A stretch of 64,000 nt of DNA from Candidatus Roizmanbacteria bacterium CG_4_9_14_0_2_um_filter_38_17. Its GTDB lineage: Bacteria; Patescibacteriota; Microgenomatia; GCA-00278855. The notes under the pieces were generated by a model. The model ran no database searches. It worked only from the letters and a program-made list of their open reading frames with translations, and was not told where the DNA came from. Positions 1-8,706 of the stretch are shown piece after piece. Each line of letters starts with the position of its first letter. The stretch's first letter is position 1. The translations under genes and the position numbers were made by a program. Location: NCBI GenBank assembly GCA_002788855.1, contig PFSB01000006.1:5467-69466 (forward strand). Direction: 5' to 3'.

Positions 1-681
1 CCGTTGACACACGCAACGAATAAACATCTGTTGCCTGTCTATGACAAGCCGATGATTTTTTATCCCATACAGACGTTGGTAAATGCGGGGATTAAGGAGG
101 TTATGGTTGTAAGTTCTGGTCCACATGCTGGTCACTTTCTTAGAGTTCTTAAAAATGGACACGAGCTAGGGCTCAAGCATCTGGAATATGCTTATCAGGA
201 GAAACCAGATGGTGGAATAGCTGATGCATTGTCTTTGGCTGAAGACTTTGCGGAGAATGGCCCCTTGACCGTAATTTTAGGAGATAACACAACAGATGCA
301 GATATTTCAAAGCCGGTAAATGAATTTACAGACGGGGCTGTTGTTTTTTTAAAAGAAGTACCAGATCCCGAACGATATGGTGTTCCTCGGTTTGATGTTA
401 AGGATAAAGACACCATTGTAGAGATTATAGAGAAGCCCAAGGATCCACCTTCTAACTATTCAGTAACTGGATTGTATATCTATGATCGTGAAGTTTTTAA
501 CTTTATAAGAAACTGTAAGCCATCTAACAGGGGAGAATTGGAGATAACGGAGGTAAATAATGCCTATATCAAAGCAGGTAAGCTTAAATGGTCAGAGCTT
601 TCTGGTTACTGGTCGGATGCGGGGACATTTAAAAGCTTATATCAAGCAAATAGTTACTGGAAGAATAAGTCTAATGGATAA
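1..681 (+). CDS. rmlA: glucose-1-phosphate thymidylyltransferase (RmlA), 5'-truncated by window edge
   Basis: Translation has the LLPVYDKPMIFYP and EKPxxPxSNY motifs and overall RmlA-like sugar nucleotidyltransferase pattern. Window begins ~20 aa into the gene. Confidence 0.88.
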   Translation, partial: PLTHATNKHLLPVYDKPMIFYPIQTLVNAGIKEVMVVSSGPHAGHFLRVLKNGHELGLKHLEYAYQEKPDGGIADALSLAEDFAENGPLTVILGDNTTDADISKPVNEFTDGAVVFLKEVPDPERYGVPRFDVKDKDTIVEIIEKPKDPPSNYSVTGLYIYDREVFNFIRNCKPSNRGELEITEVNNAYIKAGKLKWSELSGYWSDAGTFKSLYQANSYWKNKSNG

Positions 682-1138
682 TACTAGTTCAGTTACAGAA
701 GTTAAAATAGAAGAAATCAAGAGGGTTTCGACCTTCGACGTCTCCTCCAAGGATAAAAATGGTTTTCTTATAGAGCTTCTTAAAGATGGAGAAAAGACAG
801 TTGCTTATTTAACTGCTGCCTCACCTGGTGCGTTTAAAGGTTATCATGAACACACTATTCGCGCCTCCCGCTATATCTGTCTTAAAGGAAAGATGAAGGT
901 CATACTGTACGTTGGCGGAGCCAATGGAGTACGTGAGGAGCATATTCTATCTTCAGATAATCCTCAGCGACTATTTATTCCTCCACATACTCCAACTGGG
1001 TTGGAGAATATCGGCGATGAAGAAGCGTGGCTTATTAATTTTCCAGACCCATTTTATGATCCAAGCCTAAAAGATGAGCAAATAGATTACACAAAAGAGG
1101 AGATGAAAAATATTAAAGGCAAGGCCTTTAATAAATAA
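674..1138 (+). CDS. cupin-fold NDP-sugar isomerase/epimerase, FdtA/WxcM-like (or RmlC-like)
   Basis: ATG at 674 overlaps the rmlA stop. The ~155 aa product has a cupin core (GYHEH...KMKVILYV) and an FdtA-like C-terminus (LFIPP...YDPxxDxIDY). The longer ORF call from 560 is probably an over-extension. Confidence 0.55.
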   Translation: MDNTSSVTEVKIEEIKRVSTFDVSSKDKNGFLIELLKDGEKTVAYLTAASPGAFKGYHEHTIRASRYICLKGKMKVILYVGGANGVREEHILSSDNPQRLFIPPHTPTGLENIGDEEAWLINFPDPFYDPSLKDEQIDYTKEEMKNIKGKAFNK

Positions 1139-1139
1139 T

Positions 1140-2135
1140 ATGAAATTACTTGTAACTGGCGGTGCAGGTTTTATAGGGTCAAACTTTATTCACTATTGGC
1201 TAAAAACTCATCCCGATGATCAGATAATTAATCTCGATAAGCTTACTTATGCTGGAAATTTGGCTAATCTAAAATCAGTTGAAAACAATCCTAATTACCA
1301 ATTTATTAAAGGAGATATTACAGATGCCCAAATTGTTGCAAAAGCAATGGGTGAGATAGATACTGTGGTCCATTTTGCTGCAGAGAGCCATGTAGATCGC
1401 TCAATTACTGGGCCAGCGGTATTTGTGCAGACTAATGTAGTGGGAACTCAGGTATTACTTGATGCTGCTGTAAAAGCGAAGATAAAACATTTCCATCATA
1501 TCTCGACAGATGAAGTATTTGGCTCATTAGAGCTAGGTGATAAATCAGAGTGGACGGAAAATTCACCTTACGCGCCTCGTAGTCCCTACTCCGCTTCTAA
1601 GGCAGCATCAGATCATCTAGTAAGAGCTTATCACGTGACTTATAATCTGCCCGTGACAATAACAAATTGTTCAAATAATTTTGGACCTTTCCACTATCCA
1701 GAAAAATTATTACCTCTAGCTATAACTAATATTTTAGAAGGTCGCCAAGTTCCAGTATATGGAGATGGACTATATGTAAGGGACTGGTTGTATGTCGCCG
1801 ACCACTGCCGGGCAATTGACGCAGTTCTTAATAGAGGAGAAGTTGGGGAAACGTATCTGGTTGGTGCGTACCACGACGAGATTAATAATCTAGATTTAAT
1901 CAAACTCGTTTTGAAGTTAATGGGGAAGTCTGAAGAAAAAATTGAATTTGTTAAGAACCGACCTGGCCACGATAGAAGATACGCATTTGACTGGAGTAAA
2001 ATTAAGAATGAACTAGATTGGAAGCCTAAATATGAGTTTGAAGAGGCGCTAAAGCTAACTATAGATTGGTATAAAAATAACGAAAATTGGTGGAAGCCTC
2101 TATTAACAACACCCGGTGTTAACACCGGGTGTTAA
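1140..2135 (+). CDS. rmlB: dTDP-glucose 4,6-dehydratase
   Basis: N-terminal TGGAGFIGSN Rossmann motif and YSASKAASD catalytic YxxxK; 331 aa, typical RmlB length. Confidence 0.93.
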   Translation: MKLLVTGGAGFIGSNFIHYWLKTHPDDQIINLDKLTYAGNLANLKSVENNPNYQFIKGDITDAQIVAKAMGEIDTVVHFAAESHVDRSITGPAVFVQTNVVGTQVLLDAAVKAKIKHFHHISTDEVFGSLELGDKSEWTENSPYAPRSPYSASKAASDHLVRAYHVTYNLPVTITNCSNNFGPFHYPEKLLPLAITNILEGRQVPVYGDGLYVRDWLYVADHCRAIDAVLNRGEVGETYLVGAYHDEINNLDLIKLVLKLMGKSEEKIEFVKNRPGHDRRYAFDWSKIKNELDWKPKYEFEEALKLTIDWYKNNENWWKPLLTTPGVNTGC

Positions 2136-2142
2136 TGTAAAA

Positions 2143-3012
2143 ATGAAGACTAAAATTCTCGGAACAGGACTATCTGGCTTGGTTGGAAGTAGAGTTGTTG
2201 AGTTGTTGCAAGATAAATATGACTTTGAAGATCTTAGTTTAGATACGGAAGTAGATATTACGGATATAGATCAGGTAGATGAAAGAATTGGAGCATCAGA
2301 CGCAAAGGTTGTGTTGCATATGGCTGCAATAACTAATGTTGATGCTTGTGAGAAAGAAAGAAATGACGGGGAAAATAGCTTAAGCTGGAGAGTAAACGTT
2401 ACTGGAACAGAAAATATAGTTAAAGCGGTCAAGGCAACTGGTAAGCGCATAATTCATATATCCACGGACTTTGTTTTTTCTGGCCTTGAGGATAGATATA
2501 CGGAAGAGTCTAAACCTAATCCTATTAACTGGTATGGTGAAACAAAGCTTAGGGCAGAAATGGTCGTTCAAGAAAAATTAACTGACTATGCCATATTGCG
2601 TCTATCTTTTCCTTACAGGGCTAAATTTGAGCGATCAGACGTGGTACGTTTCTTCCTAAATACACTAAAAGAAGGTAAATCGGTAGATGCTGTAAGTAAC
2701 TGGATGATCACACCAGGTTTTATAGATGATATGGCGAATGTGATTGAAGCATTTATTACTAATAATGAAGTGGGTATATTCCATAGCGTAGGATCAGACT
2801 CAATGACACCTTACGAAATGGCCACAGCCATTGCAGAATTGTTTGGATTTGACAAAACCCTGGTTCGCGCAGTAAAACTAGAGGATCTATTTCTCGGAAA
2901 GGCTCCCCGCCCGTTAAAGTTAGTTACAGATAATGGTAAAATAACTAGATTAGGTTTGCAGATGCAGACACTAGAAGATGGTCTTGGTATTATTAAGGAA
3001 CAATTAAAATGA
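2143..3012 (+). CDS. rmlD: dTDP-4-dehydrorhamnose reductase-like (RmlD family SDR)
   Basis: GTGLSGLVGSRV NAD-binding motif, STDFVFSG and YGETKL motifs of the RmlD family. The ORF extends to a GTG at 2116 inside the palindrome; ATG at 2143 is preferred. Confidence 0.72.
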   Translation: MKTKILGTGLSGLVGSRVVELLQDKYDFEDLSLDTEVDITDIDQVDERIGASDAKVVLHMAAITNVDACEKERNDGENSLSWRVNVTGTENIVKAVKATGKRIIHISTDFVFSGLEDRYTEESKPNPINWYGETKLRAEMVVQEKLTDYAILRLSFPYRAKFERSDVVRFFLNTLKEGKSVDAVSNWMITPGFIDDMANVIEAFITNNEVGIFHSVGSDSMTPYEMATAIAELFGFDKTLVRAVKLEDLFLGKAPRPLKLVTDNGKITRLGLQMQTLEDGLGIIKEQLK

Positions 3013-4304
3013 AATTAGCAGTTATTGGTCATGGTTATGTGGGTCTCGTTACAGCTACCGTATTTGCGGATTTAGGCAATGAGGTTATCTGTGTTGGGAG
3101 AACAAAAGCGAAAATTGATCAACTGAACAATGGAGTACCCACATTTTACGAACCTGGTTTAGAAGAGCTTCTAAAAAAGAACGTTCAGGCAAAACGAATA
3201 AGGTTTACATTGAACATGGAGGAAGGCGTGCCTGAAGCAGATGTGGTGTTTATAGCTGTAGGGACACCAAGTAAAGAAAATGGTGAAGCAGATTTAAGTC
3301 AGGTTTTTGCGGTAGCGGAAGATATTGGTAAACTTCTTTCTGGTCACACTGTCGTTGGTTGCAAGAGCACAGTTCCCGTAGGAACAAATTTTAAAGTAAG
3401 GAAAATATTGAAGAAGAATGCTAAGCCAGAAGCTCAGTATCAAATTGCATCTGTACCCGAATTTTTACGAGAGGGAACAGCAATATCTGACACTTTATAC
3501 CCTGATCGAGTAATTATTGGAACAGATTTTAAGCAAGCAGAAGACGTACTGATAAAATTGCATGACCCAATCGGAGGAGTGCGGGTCTTAACAGATATTG
3601 CCTCGGCTGAGCTTATTAAGTATGCTTCTAATTCGCTTTTAGCTACCAAAATATCTTTTGCTAACAGCATTGCTTTTGTAAGTGAGCTAGTTGGAGCGGA
3701 TGCAACAGAAGTTCTAAAAGGGGCAGGACTGGATGAGCGAATTGGAAAGCGCTTTTTGAATCCAGGACCTGGATATGGTGGAAGCTGTTTTCCTAAAGAT
3801 GTAAAGGCATTGATCTCTTTTTCAAAGAAAGCTGGTTATGATTTTAAGATTCTGGAGGCGGTTCACGAGGTAAATGAAGACGCGAAGAATCGAGTGGTTA
3901 AGAAAATTGAAGATATGCTTGGTTCACTAAAGGATAAAAGAATCGCCATTTTAGGATTAGCTTTTAAACCAGATACTGACGATATGCGTGATGCGCCGGC
4001 AATTCATGTTATATCTAAGTTGCTTAAAGAAGGAGCTAGTGTGATAGCTTTTGACCCCCAATCAGCTGAAAATGCAAAGAGAGTCTTGCCAGAAGCGACA
4101 ATTTATGCTAAAAATATCTTCTCAGCAGTTAAAAATGCTGATATAGTAGTAGTACTAACGGAATGGCGTGAGTTTTCTCAAGTGAGTCTGGCTAAGATAA
4201 AAGAGTTAGTTAGTCAGCCGAATATTGTAGATATGCGGAATGTTTTTAATCCAGCTGAAGCAAAGAAACTAGGGTTTAATTATATAGGTGTGGGCCGGAG
4301 GTAA
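3009..4304 (+). CDS. ugd: UDP-glucose 6-dehydrogenase (UDP-glucose/GDP-mannose dehydrogenase family)
   Basis: N-terminal IGHGYVGL NAD-binding motif and catalytic-Cys motif GGSCFPKD; 431 aa. ATGA overlap with the upstream gene. Confidence 0.9.
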   Translation: MKLAVIGHGYVGLVTATVFADLGNEVICVGRTKAKIDQLNNGVPTFYEPGLEELLKKNVQAKRIRFTLNMEEGVPEADVVFIAVGTPSKENGEADLSQVFAVAEDIGKLLSGHTVVGCKSTVPVGTNFKVRKILKKNAKPEAQYQIASVPEFLREGTAISDTLYPDRVIIGTDFKQAEDVLIKLHDPIGGVRVLTDIASAELIKYASNSLLATKISFANSIAFVSELVGADATEVLKGAGLDERIGKRFLNPGPGYGGSCFPKDVKALISFSKKAGYDFKILEAVHEVNEDAKNRVVKKIEDMLGSLKDKRIAILGLAFKPDTDDMRDAPAIHVISKLLKEGASVIAFDPQSAENAKRVLPEATIYAKNIFSAVKNADIVVVLTEWREFSQVSLAKIKELVSQPNIVDMRNVFNPAEAKKLGFNYIGVGRR

Positions 4305-4317
4305 TCCGTAGGTAGCA

Positions 4318-5280
4318 ATGAATAAAGCAAGAAAAGTTTTAATTACAGGAATTACAGGTTTTGCAGGTAGCCATCTTGCAGAGCTGTTGCTGGATAAAGG
4401 TTATGACGTAGTAGGTACAATTCGACCTAGAAGTAAAACCGAGCATATAGATCATATTAAGAATAAGCTTAAACTGTATGATGCGGATCTTTCTGATTCT
4501 CATAGTTTGCAGACAGTTTTTATGACGGTAAAGCCAGAGTATATCTTCCACTTAGCTGCACAGGCATTTGTGCCTACTTCCTGGAGTAGTCCAGCAACTA
4601 CGATGGAAATTAATGCGTCTGGTTCAATTCATTTGTTTGAAGCAATTAGACGCGCTAATATTGATCCCGTTGTGCAGATTGCGTGTTCTTCAGAGGAGTA
4701 TGGTTTGGTAAAACCCGATGAAGTGCCGATAACAGAAGAAAATCCACTTAGACCGCTTTCACCATATGCAGTTTCTAAGATAGCCATGGACTATCTTGGT
4801 TATCAGTATTTCAAAAGTTATGGCGTGAGAATTATTAGAACTCGTGGATTTAATCATACTGGCCCAAGACGCGGAGATGTCTATGTGTGTTCAACGTTTG
4901 CTAAGCAAATAGCTTTAATTGAAGCAGATAAACAGGGTCCAATAATGAAAGTTGGCAATATTGAATCATATCGTGATTTTACAGATGTGCGTGATATGGT
5001 AAAGGCGTATTTGTTAGCAGTAGAAAAGGGAGAGCCTGGAGAAGTGTACAACATTGCAACGGGTAAAACGTGGCAGATTAAGAAGGTGCTAGATATGTTA
5101 CTTGGTATGAGTAAAAAAGATATTAAGATTGAGGAAGATCCCGAGCGAATGAGACCATCGGATGTTGAAATCCTACAGGGCGATGCGACTAAATTTAAAA
5201 AGGCTACTGGCTGGGAGCCAAAGTATAAGTTTGAGCAAACACTAGAAGACCTACTTAATTACTGGCGGGAACGAGTGTGA
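4318..5280 (+). CDS. NAD-dependent NDP-sugar epimerase/dehydratase, GDP-4-keto-6-deoxy-D-mannose reductase (Rmd)-like
   Basis: ITGITGFAGSHLAE Rossmann motif, YAVSK catalytic motif and C-terminal pattern FNHTGP...RDFTDVRD...GEVYN...TGWEP resembling Rmd/GMD-family SDRs. No gmd is present in the window. Confidence 0.6.
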   Translation: MNKARKVLITGITGFAGSHLAELLLDKGYDVVGTIRPRSKTEHIDHIKNKLKLYDADLSDSHSLQTVFMTVKPEYIFHLAAQAFVPTSWSSPATTMEINASGSIHLFEAIRRANIDPVVQIACSSEEYGLVKPDEVPITEENPLRPLSPYAVSKIAMDYLGYQYFKSYGVRIIRTRGFNHTGPRRGDVYVCSTFAKQIALIEADKQGPIMKVGNIESYRDFTDVRDMVKAYLLAVEKGEPGEVYNIATGKTWQIKKVLDMLLGMSKKDIKIEEDPERMRPSDVEILQGDATKFKKATGWEPKYKFEQTLEDLLNYWRERV

Positions 5281-6380
5281 AAAAAAAACCGCGTGTAGTA
5301 TTTATCTTACCTACATATAACGAGGTTGATAATATTAGCTTAGTAATTGAGCAGCTCCAGAATGTCTTTACTTCTATTTCTAGTTATACTTTTTCAATTC
5401 TTGTAGTTGATGATAAATCACCTGATAATACAGCAGGAATTGTCAATAAGTTAGGAAAAAAGTACTCAAATATAGAGCTTATTACAGGGGAAAAACAAGG
5501 CCTGGGAATTGCATATATACGTGGTATGAAATATGCAGAATCCAAGCTTCACGCTGATATATTTTTTAGTATGGATTCAGATTTATCTCACGATCCTTCT
5601 TTAATACCTCAGTTTTTACGCAAGATTGAGCAAGGCTCAGATATTGTTGTTGGAGCTAGATATATACCAGGTGGGTCAATTCCAGCTGATTGGGCATGGC
5701 AGCGTAAGCTATTTTCGATATTTGGGAATTTAATAATTCGTTTTGGCCTCATGATTCCTTCCATTCATGATTGGAGTAGTGGATATAGGGCGATTAAGGT
5801 TGAAGTATTTAAGAACATAGTGGATGGTTTAGATAAGTATAAAGGCTACACATTTCAGATGGCATATTTACATAGAGCTCTTAATGCAAAGTACAAAGTT
5901 GGGGAAGTACCGTTAAATTTTGTAGATAGAAAGCACGGTGAGTCAAAATTCATTCCTCTTGAATATATCTCGAACGTGCTGTTGTATATCCTCTTAAATT
6001 CAAGTTTTGTAAAATTTGGAGTTGTTGGAGTTGTTGGTTTTACAGTTAACCTGATAGGGCTTGAAGTATTTTATCGATTGGGATTTCATCCTGGAATTGC
6101 AGCTGCATTTGGGGCAGAGTTTGCGATTGTTTCAAATTTTATGTTTAATAATTTTTGGAGTTTTTCACATAAGAGTATTAAGAGGGGCGACGGATTACGA
6201 ATGAAGTTTTTAAGGTTTAATGGAGTTGCTGTGGGGGCTATTGTGATTCAAGCTCTTATCGTTGGCATAGGCACCAACATGTTTGGAGTAGATACGAGGT
6301 TCCTATTTTTACTATTGTCTTTAATACTTATAGTTCCATATAGTTATGTTATGTATAACCGTATTATATGGAAAAGCTAA
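5277..6380 (+). CDS. polyprenol-phosphate sugar synthase: GT2 (Dpm1-like) domain fused to C-terminal GtrA-like membrane domain
   Basis: GTG start in a GTGA overlap. N-terminal LPTYNE...VVDDKSPDNT...DSDLSHDP GT-A/DPM1 pattern; C-terminal 4-TM segment with a GtrA-family signature (GVVGFTVNL...SNFMFNNFWSF). An A9 tract lies at codons 2-4. Confidence 0.82.
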   Translation: MKKKPRVVFILPTYNEVDNISLVIEQLQNVFTSISSYTFSILVVDDKSPDNTAGIVNKLGKKYSNIELITGEKQGLGIAYIRGMKYAESKLHADIFFSMDSDLSHDPSLIPQFLRKIEQGSDIVVGARYIPGGSIPADWAWQRKLFSIFGNLIIRFGLMIPSIHDWSSGYRAIKVEVFKNIVDGLDKYKGYTFQMAYLHRALNAKYKVGEVPLNFVDRKHGESKFIPLEYISNVLLYILLNSSFVKFGVVGVVGFTVNLIGLEVFYRLGFHPGIAAAFGAEFAIVSNFMFNNFWSFSHKSIKRGDGLRMKFLRFNGVAVGAIVIQALIVGIGTNMFGVDTRFLFLLLSLILIVPYSYVMYNRIIWKS

Positions 6381-6387
6381 TATAAGC

Positions 6388-7935
6388 ATGAGGGGTTTTG
6401 TTTATCGTCACTGGGGAACGATTGGTATTTTTGCTATTCTTTTCTTATCCGCTTATCTTCGTTTGTGGAACATAGGAGGTTACATGACCTTTTTAGGTGA
6501 TGAGGGGAGAGATGTTCTGGTGGTTAAGAGAATGATTGTAGACCATGATATTACTTTTTTGGGTCCAACAGCTTCTGTGGGAGGATTTTTCTTAGGTCCA
6601 ATCTATTATTATTTTATGGCTCCTTTCTTGTGGTTATGGAATCTTAATCCGGTTGGACCGGCTGTAATGGTAGCGCTATTTGGTGTGGCTACAATATATC
6701 TATTGTATCGAGTGGGAACTGATTTTGTGTCAAGATCTACTGGGTATATCGCGGCTTTGTTATATGCTATCGCGCCTCTTGTTGTTGCGCACTCGCGTTC
6801 GTCATGGAATCCTAACATTGTCCCTTTTTTTTCTTTGCTGTATATCTATTCACTGTGGAAAGCACAAGAGTCACGAAAGGTAAGGTGGTTGTTTGTAGCA
6901 GGGATTTCGTTTGGAGTAGGAATTCAGTTGCACTATCTCTTTCTATTCATGCTGCCTGTTTCATTAATATATCTCTATCTGTATCGGGAAAAAATGTTGT
7001 TTATAAAGTTACGTACCTTTGTTCTGGGTGTGATTCTTCCACTTATCCCGTTTATAGGATTTGAGTTTAAAAATAAACTTCCAAATACACAGACAATTTG
7101 GCACTATGTAACAACAGAAGGAGATGTGGGTCTGAGCTTATCTGGATCAATATTAACGATGAGAGACGTGTTGTTTCGTTCTTTTGCTAGAGTACTGTTT
7201 AACTTTCCTCCACCTGAACAGTTTTATAAGTACGAAGACTGGGTAATTACTGTCTGGAAAACTAGCGTTTGGTTAGTAGTTATTTTAAGCATATTTATGC
7301 TACTTAGATATGTCCGTATGCAGAAAAGTAAGCCCCATTTGCTAATGCTGTTGTGGATGGTATTTGGCTTGGGTCTATTTATGTTGTATCAAAAGAGTAT
7401 TTATGATTATTATTTTGTATTAGTTTTTCCCTTATTGTTTCTATTGGTTGCTAATTTATTGGTTGTGTTTTGGCAAAGGAAATTACTTAAGCCCATAGCT
7501 GCTATTGCATTGGCGCTATTAATCTGGATTAATTGGATGGGTCGACCATTTCAGTTTCCGCCTAATAATCAGTTTGATCAGGTATCGATGATTAGTCGCT
7601 CGATTTTTAATCATGCAGACGGTAAACCGTTTAACTTTGCGCTTATTACTGGTGGTAATTCAGACCATGCATATCGCTATTTATTTGAGATCTGGGGTAA
7701 TCCCTCAGTTACGATTGAATTCGATGAAGTTGACCCAGAGAGGAAGACTGTTACTGATCAGCTTTATGTGCTTTGCGAAACATTACCTTGTGAACCACTT
7801 GGTCATCCGTTATGGGAGATAGCTGGTTTTGGTAGGGCTCAAATTGATACGAGCTGGAAGGTTTCGTTTCTAGAAGTGTATAGACTTGTGCCGTATCAAG
7901 GAGAAGACTTTGCTACAGAGGATAATGTGCGATAA
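6388..7935 (+). CDS. polytopic membrane glycosyltransferase, GT-C fold candidate (DE-motif family, paralog of 15209 and 38765 genes)
   Basis: About 12 predicted TM segments. First extracytoplasmic loop carries FLGDEGRD (GT-C-like acidic motif). Paralogous to 15209..16474 and 38765..40243 through the first two helices. ORF call from 6346 overlaps the upstream gene; ATG 6388 is preferred. Confidence 0.5.
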   Translation: MRGFVYRHWGTIGIFAILFLSAYLRLWNIGGYMTFLGDEGRDVLVVKRMIVDHDITFLGPTASVGGFFLGPIYYYFMAPFLWLWNLNPVGPAVMVALFGVATIYLLYRVGTDFVSRSTGYIAALLYAIAPLVVAHSRSSWNPNIVPFFSLLYIYSLWKAQESRKVRWLFVAGISFGVGIQLHYLFLFMLPVSLIYLYLYREKMLFIKLRTFVLGVILPLIPFIGFEFKNKLPNTQTIWHYVTTEGDVGLSLSGSILTMRDVLFRSFARVLFNFPPPEQFYKYEDWVITVWKTSVWLVVILSIFMLLRYVRMQKSKPHLLMLLWMVFGLGLFMLYQKSIYDYYFVLVFPLLFLLVANLLVVFWQRKLLKPIAAIALALLIWINWMGRPFQFPPNNQFDQVSMISRSIFNHADGKPFNFALITGGNSDHAYRYLFEIWGNPSVTIEFDEVDPERKTVTDQLYVLCETLPCEPLGHPLWEIAGFGRAQIDTSWKVSFLEVYRLVPYQGEDFATEDNVR

Positions 7936-7944
7936 AATCAAGCT

Positions 7945-8703
7945 ATGCAACAAAAAGCGCCACAGTTATCGATTGTTATTCCTTGTTACAATGAAGAGCA
8001 GAATATTCGGTTTGGAGCTTTAGAAAAGGTAAACAATTATCTACAGAAGCAGACCCTATCCTGGGAAGTGTTGATAATTGATGACGGGTCACAAGATGCA
8101 ACTGCGGAGTTGGTACGGAAATACATAAAAAACAAGCCAAAATTCAAGCTAATTGAGCGAGTACATCAAGGTAAAGCACGTACAGTTGTTGCTGGTGTTA
8201 TGCGTGCAAAAGGTGACTATATACTGTTTTCTGATCTTGATGGATCTACGCCACTTGGCGAGGTAGAGAAGTTTTTACCATACTTTAGGAAAGGATACGA
8301 TATTGTAATTGGTTCGCGTAATCGCAAACGCGAAGGTGCGCCTTTTTTTAGAAGCTTAATGGGTCCTGGATTTGCGTTTATCCGCAGTAGTTTAATTGGT
8401 TTAAGCGATATTAACGATACTCAATGTGGTTTTAAGGCATTTAAGAAGGATGTAGCAATTACTCTTGTAAAAAAACTTAAGCTATATGGAGGTGACAAGG
8501 AGATTAAAGGGTCAAATGTTACTGCTGGATTTGACGTTGAGCTACTATTTATTGCCAGAAAGCTTGGATTTAAGATTAAAGAGGTTCAGGTTAAATGGCA
8601 CTATGTTGAGACGAGACGAGTAAGTCCTATTAGAGACTCCTGGAATGGGCTTAAGGACATTATGCGCATAAAATTATTTGATCTGCAGGGGAAATATCGT
8701 TAA
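7945..8703 (+). CDS. GT2 polyprenol-phosphate glycosyltransferase (Dpm1/Alg5-like)
   Basis: SIVIPCYNEE...IIDDGSQDAT...FSDLDGS...QCGFKAF motifs typical of dolichol/undecaprenol-phosphate hexose synthases. Confidence 0.8.
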   Translation: MQQKAPQLSIVIPCYNEEQNIRFGALEKVNNYLQKQTLSWEVLIIDDGSQDATAELVRKYIKNKPKFKLIERVHQGKARTVVAGVMRAKGDYILFSDLDGSTPLGEVEKFLPYFRKGYDIVIGSRNRKREGAPFFRSLMGPGFAFIRSSLIGLSDINDTQCGFKAFKKDVAITLVKKLKLYGGDKEIKGSNVTAGFDVELLFIARKLGFKIKEVQVKWHYVETRRVSPIRDSWNGLKDIMRIKLFDLQGKYR

Positions 8704-8706
8704 ACA

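Noticed and set aside
560-673. Upstream extension of the cupin gene (ORF call from 560) overlapping rmlA by 120 nt
   Set aside because: The ATG at 674 in an ATGA-type overlap with the rmlA stop gives a normal-length cupin. The extension is probably spurious.
1694-2125. 143-aa ORF antisense to rmlB, and many other 60-130 aa antisense ORFs listed in the track (e.g. 195-440, 2380-2571, 3440-3670, 9390-9662, 22265-22555, 26813-27199, 27067-27360, 35061-35417, 37369-37605, 62143-62376)
   Set aside because: They lie fully inside well-supported genes on the opposite strand or in alternative frames, have no motifs, and are compositionally the usual shadows of AT-rich coding sequence.
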